Source: a virus
Reading direction: 5' to 3' (one strand)
Virus record (IMG/VR): IMGVR_UViG_3300036985_003583
Span: 6,868-70,867 of that record
Length of the DNA stretch: 64,000 bases
Numbering within the stretch: position 1 is the first letter of the stretch; each line of letters opens with the position of its first letter. Positions 38,956 to 48,006 of this stretch are shown here, one piece after another. The notes under the pieces are model-generated. The model searched no databases, was not told where the DNA came from, and saw nothing but the letters and a program-made list of their open reading frames with translations. The position numbers and the translations under genes are program-made.

Positions 38956-39528
38956 TTACTCTTCAACATAATATTCCCCTGTTAATTCTACTGCGGTAGC
39001 AGTGGTGCTGCAAGTAGTGCTAGACATAGCTTTCTCTTTAGTATAACTATACGATTCCAAGAAGTTACCCATCATGTTAGCATAGAGAGTAAGTTTCTTT
39101 TTAACCCTAGTAGTTGGCTTAACTAGAGACCATAAACAACTATGCGCCGCCCCCAGAACTGCGTCGGTGCTTGAGGATACTTCTGTCCATTCACAGCCTT
39201 TATCGCCGCAATTACACTTAGCCCAAACAGTTTTACCTGCCTTTAATGCATCGAGGATGCTTTGATTAAACGAGTAATCATACCACGTAGCCTCGACCTT
39301 CTTTGGGTAACGTAGCTTGATACCATACTTATCATCTTCAGGACTTCCGTCAACATACTTGCCGTCTTGAGTGAACCAGCGTGTAGTTTTGTTATTCTCG
39401 AACACTACGGCCCAAGGGTAGCTACCGCCGAACCAAGGATTAGCGTCAAGGGAACCCACACTGGCTTTGGCTGTTACAACACCATTACCGAATTCTTTAC
39501 TGATAACTTCATCGCCTACTTTAAACAT
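38956..39528 (-). CDS. Hypothetical phage protein
   Basis: FKVGDEV...FGNGVV...YP..V.F...FTQDGKY, a common small phage domain. Confidence 0.65.
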   Translation of the reverse strand: MFKVGDEVISKEFGNGVVTAKASVGSLDANPWFGGSYPWAVVFENNKTTRWFTQDGKYVDGSPEDDKYGIKLRYPKKVEATWYDYSFNQSILDALKAGKTVWAKCNCGDKGCEWTEVSSSTDAVLGAAHSCLWSLVKPTTRVKKKLTLYANMMGNFLESYSYTKEKAMSSTTCSTTATAVELTGEYYVEE

Positions 39529-39707
39529 TTGGTATCTCCTTTATTCATTATAGCCCCATCTACCCTAAGCATCTCTGATAACAATTCCTCCTGAGCCTTG
39601 ATATTCCGTTCGGTCATTGCTGAAGGTTTATAGAGAAGAGTTAGAATATCCCCAAGGGTTTCCAGCTTTAGATTCTTTGGCTCATCAACAGTTACCCACG
39701 TAGTCAT
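39516..39707 (-). CDS. Hypothetical protein
   Basis: AGGAG RBS. Confidence 0.5.
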   Translation of the reverse strand: MTTWVTVDEPKNLKLETLGDILTLLYKPSAMTERNIKAQEELLSEMLRVDGAIMNKGDTKCLK

Positions 39708-39803
39708 TTTACCAGCTCCTCGAATTCTTCTTGAGTTATTATCCCAGAGGTACGTAAGAAAAACGCCTCTCTATTTTCTGGTTGTTATCATTGCTTGTAC
39801 TCC

Positions 39804-40001
39804 TTATATTTTTATTCTTAGTAACTTATCTAACCATTTCATCATTGGAATTATTCGGCTTATGAACGCCCAAAAAAGCAGAACAACTCCACCCATAATA
39901 CCTAATAACCACCCTCCTATTTCTATTTTTCTTTCAAAACTCCGTATGATCAACATTCCGACAAAACCGCATAGTAACCAGACTGAAACATAAGTTGCCA
40001 T
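39804..40001 (-). CDS. Small two-TM membrane protein
   Basis: Two hydrophobic segments; AGGAG RBS. Confidence 0.6.
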   Translation of the reverse strand: MATYVSVWLLCGFVGMLIIRSFERKIEIGGWLLGIMGGVVLLFWAFISRIIPMMKWLDKLLRIKI

Positions 40002-40352
40002 TTTTTCTCCTGTAATATTTATGATTTAATAGATAATAGGTTTTGCTACTTCGCTATAATAATTATAGGATTACTCATTTCTAAATTAGCGATTACATCT
40101 TTATTTTCCATTAAAATTTCAATAGGGGTGTAATCTATGTAGTCGCCTTCCCTAATATCGTCATTCGAAACCATAGTTATCTCCTTTGCGATATGTATGA
40201 TTAAAGTATCCACACTAAACTGGGTCAACTAATAGTAGTTCTAATTCTGTTAGCAGCTCAAAGACGCAAACATAGTCGCCGTCCTTGCGCTCATTACGTT
40301 CAATACAGTCATCACCATCGCAGTATCTGGGGGATATCTAAGTAATATCTTT

Positions 40353-40805
40353 TCACTGTGAATCCTGACTGACGCCTTCAGCAGCTAAGTTCTTACTTCG
40401 CTCCCTAAGTATCTCTTTACGTAATGTTGGAGTGTTACCATCGACAGCAAATCTACCGCGATAATATTCTGACTGCTCTGGAGTAAACGACTTGATACCG
40501 TTGTCGCCTCTGTTGTTCTGTAAGCCTAATTCAATTCTACTAACGGGGCAGTCGGTAACATCAAAGGCTCTTCTTCTCCCTTTATCGTCCAGCAAAGCGT
40601 TAGCTCCATAGACATCTCTAGTCTGGTTAAAAGACTTCCACTTCTCAAATGTTATCTCGTGTTCGCCATTGCAGAGAGACTCGCCAGCTTCGGTAACAGC
40701 TTCTTCAACATCTGGGAGCAAACATCTACCAGGGTTCTCTAATTCGTCCAGCATTAAGTTTCCGCATTTTGTACATCTGTAATCGTGCAGCACGGCCATA
40801 ATCAT
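40353..40805 (-). CDS. FmdB-like zinc-ribbon protein
   Basis: LHDYRCTKCG at the N-terminus. Confidence 0.6.
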   Translation of the reverse strand: MIMAVLHDYRCTKCGNLMLDELENPGRCLLPDVEEAVTEAGESLCNGEHEITFEKWKSFNQTRDVYGANALLDDKGRRRAFDVTDCPVSRIELGLQNNRGDNGIKSFTPEQSEYYRGRFAVDGNTPTLRKEILRERSKNLAAEGVSQDSQ

Positions 40806-41220
40806 ATCTCCTTATCTTACGCATACTAAATGACATCGTCTTCTTCTTTAAATCTTTTACATAGAAAGCAGCAGGGGCTGCAACAACCCTAACCTTTATC
40901 TTATCTATTGGGTAGCTCTGTATAAAGTTATCCGGTAACTCAGGGCGGTCAAACCTGACTATCGGCAAGTGATTAAAGCAACCTGTCCAATCTAGATACA
41001 TTGGACAAGTGCTTCGGTAGCTAATTCTAGGATCGAAGTATGCCCTATCATATGCAGTAGTTCGGTCTATCTTTGGCTCTGGATAGCAGCTATCCAAGGA
41101 TTCTCGCTTAGTGAGGTACACCTGCCATAGAATAAACTGCTCACCATCATCTTCTATCATGGAGTAGACTCCATAATGGTGAGGATTAGTTGAGATGTGG
41201 ATAGCAGATGTACAGATCAT
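40726..41220 (-). CDS. Hypothetical protein
   Basis: 164-aa ORF abutting the upstream stop. Confidence 0.55.
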   Translation of the reverse strand: MICTSAIHISTNPHHYGVYSMIEDDGEQFILWQVYLTKRESLDSCYPEPKIDRTTAYDRAYFDPRISYRSTCPMYLDWTGCFNHLPIVRFDRPELPDNFIQSYPIDKIKVRVVAAPAAFYVKDLKKKTMSFSMRKIRRYDYGRAARLQMYKMRKLNAGRIREPW

Positions 41221-41457
41221 TTATGGATTTCTCCCCACTAACCCTAGCCACTGTTTCAATTTGTACCAGAGAGACGGCTCCCATAATAGCCCTGCAGGAA
41301 TGCAGTCGCTGTAGAATCTTTCATGCCAGCTCGGGCTATAAATTATCACCACCTCACCCGTAACCATGTCGGGAGATTCTACTTTTCTAGACTTTAAACA
41401 TCTGTCAGAGTCAAAGAATTGCTTTCTATTATATTTACAATCTCTACATATTTTCAT
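41221..41457 (-). CDS. Small Cys-rich phage protein
   Basis: CRDCKY...C...DMVTGE...C..AGLLWEP. Confidence 0.6.
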   Translation of the reverse strand: MKICRDCKYNRKQFFDSDRCLKSRKVESPDMVTGEVVIIYSPSWHERFYSDCIPAGLLWEPSLWYKLKQWLGLVGRNP

Positions 41458-41870
41458 GCTTCTTTCTCCTCACAAATTACAGCATTGGGCAAAGTTTCAC
41501 CTATAATTGACACACTCTTGTCGTTAGAAACAAAGATTATATCTCCGACCTTTGCCCAACGCTCAACACCTTTATCTGTTCTGAACAGCGGCAACCGTCT
41601 GCGTATCAGCTTCTTTTTTACTGTTTCAAGTTGTTCAGTCTTCGGCTTACTCTTCAATGCGTACATAAGATAATCACCGGATAAGTGTAGCTTATGTATG
41701 ATAAACATTTCACCAAAGCGTAACGCTTCGAGCACTTCCGCCTTTTCCCACGCCATATCGGATCTACTTTCTACAGGTATTAACGGCTTGATACTTCTCA
41801 TTCTAACGCCGTAATAACTATCAATTGATGTTTTAGCCAAGGCTCGTTTAGGTATCGGAGTCGCTGTCAT
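41454..41870 (-). CDS. Hypothetical protein
   Basis: ATGA-coupled. Confidence 0.6.
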   Translation of the reverse strand: MTATPIPKRALAKTSIDSYYGVRMRSIKPLIPVESRSDMAWEKAEVLEALRFGEMFIIHKLHLSGDYLMYALKSKPKTEQLETVKKKLIRRRLPLFRTDKGVERWAKVGDIIFVSNDKSVSIIGETLPNAVICEEKEA

Positions 41871-42466
41871 AGCAGTATTTTACCTCTGTTTCCAGCATGA
41901 TCTTGACTCTGAATTCCGTCACCAGTGATACCAATATCATCGATTATTAGTTGACTTCTACTATTAACTAGTATAGTATTACGCTTGATATTGATAGCTT
42001 TACCTTCCCAAAGCATTACGGGGAAGTCTTTAAAAGCGATATGTTCGCCTCCTGCTTCTCTTATGATAAGCACTAAGGGTTCAAGCTTTTCTAGCTGCTT
42101 CTCAGAGATTCCAAGGTATTCTATCTGTTCAGGTGCAATTGCATATGAAGGCGTTGTACCTTCATCAAACATATCGGGGAGTTTAACTGCTTCTACTAAG
42201 AGCCCGAAGAGCGGTCTGTCTTTATCAATAGAACATTCACAGGTGGTAGTAGTTGTTTCCATCCTGAAATTACGGAAGAGGTACGGGTCAAGAGAGCACA
42301 AAGCCATCGGCTCTTGTGTAGTTTTATCTCTAAGCTGTACATCATGCGTAGTAATAGTAGTCCAGCTGTCAACGTGGCACATACCTTTCTCCCTTTCATG
42401 GAAGCGGTAGGTGTGTTGAGATTGACTGGGCGGTACGGTTGGTTCTGCTATACCTTGTTCTGTCAT
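41867..42466 (-). CDS. Hypothetical protein
   Basis: AGGAG RBS, 199 aa. Confidence 0.65.
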   Translation of the reverse strand: MTEQGIAEPTVPPSQSQHTYRFHEREKGMCHVDSWTTITTHDVQLRDKTTQEPMALCSLDPYLFRNFRMETTTTTCECSIDKDRPLFGLLVEAVKLPDMFDEGTTPSYAIAPEQIEYLGISEKQLEKLEPLVLIIREAGGEHIAFKDFPVMLWEGKAINIKRNTILVNSRSQLIIDDIGITGDGIQSQDHAGNRGKILL

Positions 42467-42480
42467 AACAAAGTCTCCTG

Positions 42481-43569
42481 TTATATTGTTATTAGATCCG
42501 GAGTAGCGTCTGGTTCTGTCGGATCTGGCATTATTACCTCATCCAATACGCTTGCCTTAGCTAGTAACTGTTTTAGTGTAATCCATATCTTCTCTTCATC
42601 ACTGAGATTAATGTAATGCTTTCTTCTTATCTCATACTTGGATTTGTACTGTGAGTCGTCTACAAGTCTGTGACTTGGTACCCACTTAACAGTAAGTCCC
42701 CTTGGTAAAGCTATGGGAAGTGTACAACTTCTTATCCTTATCTCCACTGCTTCCTTCCTATAAGCATAAAGCTTACCCATAACTCCCAAGTCACACTCTG
42801 AATACTTTGACAATAAACCGATGATACCTTCTGTTGCACATTGCATAAAGCTAAGCACTTCTTCTCTCGTTAGCTGTAGCTTAGCCTGTAGCTCATGAAA
42901 CCTCTTATGTACTGCAACCGCGCCACTGGTATAAATGGGATCACGGTAAATGGTCTGAGGATCCAAGGCTGTAGTAGTCCCGCTTCCTCCTGGCTTGAAT
43001 GCATAGCCGACAGGGTGACGCATTGCTGCGCTCTGACCGCCTGAAGCGTTTCTGATTCTCTTCTCTTCTAGTATCGCCCTCTTTTCTATGTCAGCAGGTA
43101 ACGGCATTGAATCGAGAACCGCTTCTCTGCTCAGTTCGTCAAAGCCAATCTTCTCTTCTTTGCCTGTAATGGAATTAACTGATTTAAGAGCCAAGGCGGT
43201 GGCTTCAGCGACAACGAAGTCATAGCTGCGTACTGCTTCACTAAACAACGTCCTTGTCGCTGTAACGTCTAAATCTACGGTATGTGAGGCGTGTCTAACT
43301 ATCTCCAAGGTATCGTCTGAGGTCTTAACGTAGGCAATCTTGTCTTGGATGTTGAAAGTTAGCAGATTGAAGAGCCTTAGCTCACCGTCAACGGTTATCA
43401 TTTCAAACAAAACATCTGTGAAAGAATGTATGAAGGCTGCAGCTATCGCTTCAGATAGGAACTTTCTACTCTCCATGAACCGACACAGCTTCTTATAGGT
43501 TTGATAATCAGCCAGGGAGAACCTCCTCTTCTTTGTAAACGTAGCCAGTGTTCGGAAGAAACGGGTCAA
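42481..43569 (-). CDS. Protein with two divergent HU/IHF-like domains
   Basis: LSEAIAAAFIHSFTDVLFEMITVDGELRLFNLLTFNI and LTREEVLSFMQCATEGIIGLLSKYSECDLGVMGKLYAYRKEA...IALPRGLTVKWVPSHRL. Confidence 0.55.
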   Translation of the reverse strand: MTRFFRTLATFTKKRRFSLADYQTYKKLCRFMESRKFLSEAIAAAFIHSFTDVLFEMITVDGELRLFNLLTFNIQDKIAYVKTSDDTLEIVRHASHTVDLDVTATRTLFSEAVRSYDFVVAEATALALKSVNSITGKEEKIGFDELSREAVLDSMPLPADIEKRAILEEKRIRNASGGQSAAMRHPVGYAFKPGGSGTTTALDPQTIYRDPIYTSGAVAVHKRFHELQAKLQLTREEVLSFMQCATEGIIGLLSKYSECDLGVMGKLYAYRKEAVEIRIRSCTLPIALPRGLTVKWVPSHRLVDDSQYKSKYEIRRKHYINLSDEEKIWITLKQLLAKASVLDEVIMPDPTEPDATPDLITI

Positions 43570-43783
43570 ACGTCGTAGCCTTGCCCTTTAACGCTTCACT
43601 GTCGGAAGGTAGTACAAGGTAGGCGTCGGCTCTCTTATGGCGTTTCGCTAGACGTATCAAATCCTTCTCCATATTCGCTAGCTCACCATAACTAATCGGA
43701 TAAACTAGCTTGGTTAGATAATACTCTTCGATTGGAATAACTCTATTGGATTCTACAAGTTTAACCAGTAACGTCTGCCGCAT
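43508..43783 (-). CDS. Hypothetical protein
   Basis: 91-aa ORF with a purine-rich RBS. Confidence 0.55.
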   Translation of the reverse strand: MRQTLLVKLVESNRVIPIEEYYLTKLVYPISYGELANMEKDLIRLAKRHKRADAYLVLPSDSEALKGKATTFDPFLPNTGYVYKEEEVLPG

Positions 43784-43825
43784 AACTGCCCTCTTCTCTA
43801 ACGTCTGCCGTCTATCACTGCGCTT

Positions 43826-44152
43826 CTAGCTGAGCATAGCTTCATGGGTCATAATAATGTTTAGGTAGTTTCCTTGGAAAGATACCACTGCCTTATTAAT
43901 GTTTCGGTCAGTATTTGTTAGTTGTAGCTGGTAATCCTTTCGGATCTTTCCTTCTACATGCACAACGTCGTTGACTTTTATCTTGCCCGTTTCAGCTAAC
44001 GACAAGACGCTTCCCTGTAAAGTTACGGGAAATACATCGTCGTCATTGTCGATTTGAATATAAATAATACCCGTCTTGAACCCGCTAGAATTGGCTAAGT
44101 CTGCTAGGTCGATACCTACAATTGATCCGGTAATGCTGAATCTAGAAATCAT
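43826..44152 (-). CDS. SSB/PriB-like OB-fold protein
   Basis: RFSITGSI...FPVTLQG..LAE..IKVNDVVHVEGKIR matches the bacterial SSB fold pattern. Confidence 0.65.
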   Translation of the reverse strand: MISRFSITGSIVGIDLADLANSSGFKTGIIYIQIDNDDDVFPVTLQGSVLSLAETGKIKVNDVVHVEGKIRKDYQLQLTNTDRNINKAVVSFQGNYLNIIMTHEAMLS

Positions 44153-44248
44153 TGGTTGCTCTCTTCTCTAGGTGCGTTTGCTTGTTTTCGTCTGTTGCCC
44201 GTTTCGTCTGTTCTAGGATCTTAGCATTACTTTTCTTCTTAGCAAGGG

Positions 44249-44659
44249 TCAGAGCATAATCCCGTCTATTGAGTAGTAGTACTCTTCTTCAGTCTCGGCG
44301 CATAACTCCATTGCTTCAGCAAAGGTCATCCGGAAGTTGCCCGCCTTTCTCTCTTCATCCGCACTAGGATCAAGATAGCTTTCGTAATTAATGAGGTAAT
44401 CGTTTAGGTAATTAGTCGCGGCAAACATCTTTGCCGACTGGGATAGCTGCGAAAAGATATAACGCTTTCCATTATAAACGCCCCGTTCCCTCTTATCTGC
44501 ATAGTACTTTGCGTACTCCAGAACTCCATTAACTTCTGAAACAAGGGTAATGGATGAAGGAAAGTAGTCGGCTTTGTACTTAGCTTCTACCAGCTTGAGA
44601 CTTGGAATAGGCAAGATTGCTTGGCCTATTTTGGCTTGCTTCGGTAATGGTAAATTCAT
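44249..44659 (-). CDS. Hypothetical protein
   Basis: ATGA-coupled, GGAG RBS. Confidence 0.6.
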   Translation of the reverse strand: MNLPLPKQAKIGQAILPIPSLKLVEAKYKADYFPSSITLVSEVNGVLEYAKYYADKRERGVYNGKRYIFSQLSQSAKMFAATNYLNDYLINYESYLDPSADEERKAGNFRMTFAEAMELCAETEEEYYYSIDGIML

Positions 44660-45303
44660 TTTAGTATCTCCATAATAGTCTGTGTATCGTTATTAAGGTC
44701 ATAGCACTTACGGCATTGTAAACAGTTTCCGTGACAGTTAGGAGCTAGTCCCATTGCTTCGAATTGTTTAGCGACGTCTTTGGTGAACACTGAAAACGTC
44801 TTGTCATAATGCTGGTTAGGTAGCGCTTCAATTGTGTTTAGCTTTGTTGAGCTGTGAATAAGGATAAGATTATAAGGTTTTGGCATGTTGCGAGTCGAAG
44901 CGTCAAAAGCCTTTGCTACCAGCTTCGGGCGTTTAGTCCACAAAGCAAACGTCGTGTATGGGTTGTAAAGAGCTATCATTGCTAAGTTTTCCAAGTGCAA
45001 GGTGTTGTGTAGCTCACCATAACTATGGAAGCGGAAGTACCTGGCGTTAATGATCGGAATTTCCCTTTCCTTAATAACTCTTTTTGTCAGAAATAGGTTT
45101 TTATCAAAGGCTTGTTGAAGGTTAGTCCTGAATCCCTCATAACGTTTAGCATAGCAATGGCTGCAAACTGTGTTGGGTTTGAGCTGTTGCTTACGACAAA
45201 AAGGGTTTGTAGTAGTAGTTGAAGTATTAATCGAGTTAATCCCTTCTAACTTACCTGTACCGATGGATATGTGTACTGTATTTGATGTTAAGATATCAGT
45301 AAT
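44656..45303 (-). CDS. Gp88-like Cys-cluster protein, probably about 215 aa from an ATT start
   Basis: The frame stays open 101 codons upstream of the track ORF: GKLEGINSINTS..NPFC...VCSHCYAK...YFRFHSYGEL...LWTKR...CHGNCLQCRKCY. Confidence 0.7.
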   Translation of the reverse strand: MTDILTSNTVHISIGTGKLEGINSINTSTTTTNPFCRKQQLKPNTVCSHCYAKRYEGFRTNLQQAFDKNLFLTKRVIKEREIPIINARYFRFHSYGELHNTLHLENLAMIALYNPYTTFALWTKRPKLVAKAFDASTRNMPKPYNLILIHSSTKLNTIEALPNQHYDKTFSVFTKDVAKQFEAMGLAPNCHGNCLQCRKCYDLNNDTQTIMEILK

Positions 45304-45306
45304 TTG

Positions 45307-45618
45307 TTATACTCCCCATGCAGTATAGACAGTAAATCGTGGATAGTTGCGTATTTTACTATCTCTGTTTGCTGTATGTTCTCGGAATTTATATTGGATA
45401 TTGTCTCTCTGTAATGCATTTATTAAAGTCATTGCATCTTGATCCTCTTCTAAGAAGGCGAATCCTTTATCTGTTTTCGGGTCTTTTCTATCGATAAAAC
45501 TAAACGTAGTAATCAGTCTAACGATGTTTAGTTGTTTCAATAGTGACAATGGAGCCTTTATCCAACCATGGCCGGGATCGTTGTAAACGTCTAAAGTAAT
45601 AACTTTTATTGTTTTCAT
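45307..45618 (-). CDS. Conserved phage protein (DPGHGW...LEED motif)
   Basis: NDPGHGWIKAP...FLEEDQDA. Confidence 0.7.
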   Translation of the reverse strand: MKTIKVITLDVYNDPGHGWIKAPLSLLKQLNIVRLITTFSFIDRKDPKTDKGFAFLEEDQDAMTLINALQRDNIQYKFREHTANRDSKIRNYPRFTVYTAWGV

Positions 45619-45881
45619 ACCTGTGCCTCACTTTCTGCTAAAAGTTTGAGTCTCTTTTTTGCCTCAAGTATTCTGCAACCGCTAAAAGAAAAGAAGTATT
45701 CTCCGCCTTTATACGCTTCTATTTTAATCTCGTTTCGGATGTTCTTTCTGATAAAGGTTATGGCTTTATCGTGTAGGTCAAACACATAACTGCAATGAAG
45801 TGTCGACTTTCCTCGGGTTGCGCCGATGCTTTGTGAATTGCTGTATTCTATAAACTCTTCAAAAATGTTTACTTCTATCAT
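45615..45881 (-). CDS. Hypothetical protein
   Basis: ATGA-coupled to the downstream gene. Confidence 0.55.
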   Translation of the reverse strand: MIEVNIFEEFIEYSNSQSIGATRGKSTLHCSYVFDLHDKAITFIRKNIRNEIKIEAYKGGEYFFSFSGCRILEAKKRLKLLAESEAQV

Positions 45882-45930
45882 GACTGTCTCGCATTCTGTA
45901 TATGTTGTAGTTCGTCTCTGTCTGTTAATC

Positions 45931-46058
45931 CGTAATCTGCGTAATCTGCGTAATCTGCGTAATCTGCGTAATCTGCGTAATCTGCGTAATCTGCGTAATC
46001 TGCTCTCTTCTTCTCCGTAATCTGCTCTCTTCTTCTCCGTAATCTGCTCTCTTCTTCT
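45931..46058. repeat. Tandem repeat: CGTAATCTG x8, merging into a 22-bp unit x3
   Basis: Ten copies of CGTAATCTG in total; the last three are each followed by CTCTCTTCTTCT(C). Confidence 0.95.
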
Positions 46059-46187
46059 TAACTATCTTGCACGCGTGCCTGTGTGTACATACGTGCACGC
46101 GGGCGCATGTGCGCGTGTATGCGAGAGTCAATACCATATCAATGCTATTGGCGGTATCGCTGCCTTATCAAGGTATACTCATGTAAG

Positions 46188-46349
46188 TTATATTGCCAGT
46201 AGTGTAAGTATTAGTGTGGTGAGTAGCGTGGTAATGATAGTACCGACGCCAATGACCAGTATCGTATCGGGTGGAAAGCGTTTAGCTATATCACTAGTAA
46301 AGCATTGTTGTTTGTTACGTTTAGGCCATATCTTTGTTGTATAAATCAT
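46188..46349 (-). CDS. Small C-terminally anchored membrane protein (53 aa, not in the ORF track)
   Basis: MIYTTK...ILVIGVGTIITTLLTTLILTLLAI; shares the start context AGACAGTCATG with the gene at 45881. Confidence 0.5.
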   Translation of the reverse strand: MIYTTKIWPKRNKQQCFTSDIAKRFPPDTILVIGVGTIITTLLTTLILTLLAI

Positions 46350-46381
46350 GACTGTCTTTCCCTTTCAATTCAGCACCAAGG

Positions 46382-46969
46382 TTATCTACACTTCTTAGCA
46401 TCGTTAAGTCTATGGTTATAGTGTTGTTTATGTTCTCTAGGACTAGCTTGCCGGGTTATAAATATAGGTTGGCTTGCTAAGCTGGCTTGCCTTTGTTTGT
46501 ATGCTTTAAATTGCTTACTTGGAACATAGGTATTAGCTACAGGTTCTTGCGTAGCTATAGGTTCTTGCGTAGCTATAGGTTCTTGCGTAGCTATAGGTTC
46601 TTGCGTAGCTATAGGTTCTTGCGTAGCTATAGGTTCTTGCGTAGCTATAGGTTCTTGCCTTTGAATCGGAACACTATTATCAAAGTCAATATCCCCACAA
46701 GAAACAAGGCATAGCGTAGTCAATAGCGTAGCTAGTTTTCTATTTGTGTGGCAACAAGGCAATAGCTTACTGTGTAATTTTCTTATATCGGAAGCTTCGT
46801 CATATGCGTACTCAACGACATCGGAGTTGCACATATCCCTTAAAAACAGAACACTGGTAAACACTTGGAGTCTTTTTCGTAGCTGTAACATTGTATCGGC
46901 CTTTCCGCACCCGCAGGCGCTAGTTAGAATTCGCCTTTCCTGTATAGAACAGAAGTTTTTGGCCGTCAA
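46382..46969 (-). CDS. Putative lipoprotein with QEPIAT repeats (true start uncertain, probably near 46760)
   Basis: RKLATLLTTLCLVS-C lipobox-like signal; 18-bp repeat is in frame. Confidence 0.4.
   Translation of the reverse strand: MTAKNFCSIQERRILTSACGCGKADTMLQLRKRLQVFTSVLFLRDMCNSDVVEYAYDEASDIRKLHSKLLPCCHTNRKLATLLTTLCLVSCGDIDFDNSVPIQRQEPIATQEPIATQEPIATQEPIATQEPIATQEPIATQEPVANTYVPSKQFKAYKQRQASLASQPIFITRQASPREHKQHYNHRLNDAKKCR
46535..46658. repeat. 18-bp tandem repeat x6 plus a partial copy
   Basis: GTAGCTATAGGTTCTTGC units. Confidence 0.95.
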
Positions 46970-47725
46970 GTTTCAACCACTAAAATCTTTTAATATCAAT
47001 CAAGTCAACGAGTTATAAAAAGGGGAGAGTTTTGGGGGTAAAATTTTATAATTAAAAACTTCAATAAATTCGATACGTTAGTGCCTGTTTTTGGTTGAAT
47101 TGGTGAAAATGAAAGTGTTAAGCACCTAAAACAATTGCAGTATTTGGGGGTTTAACGCCCTGGACAAAACGTTTTCGATAAAAAAGTTTTCCGCCCCGAT
47201 AGGTAGAATTTTGAGGCGCCAGAAGCCGTGTTTCAGAGGCTACAAGGTCGATGGATCGAAGAGGTCGATATATCGTATATAACCCGCGATACTTGTAGCC
47301 ACGGGGTTGACTGATTGGCTGGTAAGCGGGGCTGGGTTTAGTCGATTTAGTCGATTTAGCGTGGTATAAACTAAGCAATAACGCCGATAAGCCGTTACCG
47401 ATCTTCAAAGGCCGACTTTTGATTATCGGCAAAGGCCTATCAGCCATTACCGATAATCAAAGGCCGATAAACGGGGGGCGATTAACACGTTGAATTTAAC
47501 CAAAGCCCCAACCGCCCCTGACCGTACATCATGTGCCGACAAGCAAGCTGTCATATATCACTGTACCTATAGACTTCTGCTGTATATCACTATACTATAC
47601 GCTAACATGTTACATGCTATTACTACGATACGTACCACCAGTCAGTAGGCACCGGCCGTGACCCCGATGTGGGGCTGGCGGCACCCTGGGGAGGGATTCG
47701 AACCAGGCGTGTGAAACGCCTCTGC

Positions 47726-47887
47726 CTTTTCCGGCCTATTAAATTTGACCCGTCACTCGTTTCGGCCCTGGCTAAAAAGTCCCGTCACTCTTTTCCGTCC
47801 TATTAAATTGAACGTCTACAAAACTTGCTAGTATTATCAGCATGTTACACCCCCCACCCCCCGCCTATACGCTTTTCGGGCTTATTA
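47726..47887. repeat. 32-bp-period direct repeats with an adjacent IHF-consensus site
   Basis: Units start at 47726, 47758 and 47790, with a partial unit at 47872; TATCAGCATGTTA at 47835-47847. Confidence 0.7.
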
Positions 47888-48006
47888 GTACTTAAAAGAG
47901 GTTAACCGTGTTTTGAGAAGTTTCCTAAGTAAAATCAGTACCTTTTAAAGTGAAAGGCCGTGGTTGCCGCGTATTTGTCGTTGATGTCTTTATAGCTTCT
48001 TACGAA

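Noticed and set aside
45826-46137. RNL-repeat (+) and QIT-repeat (-) ORFs
   Set aside because: Open only because of the 9-bp repeat; no convincing RBS or context.
46487-46714. + strand RFLRSY-repeat ORF
   Set aside because: Antisense shadow of the 18-bp repeat.
47118-47447. 109-aa minus-strand ORF
   Set aside because: Runs through repeat-rich regulatory-looking DNA, with no RBS or recognisable motif.
47676-47704. tRNA 3'-end-like sequence on the minus strand (GGTTCGAATCCCTCCCCAGGGTGCCGCCA), possible tRNA or attP
   Set aside because: The 5' side of the T-stem does not pair, the spacing to CCA is wrong, there are no D or anticodon arms, and no integrase is in the window.
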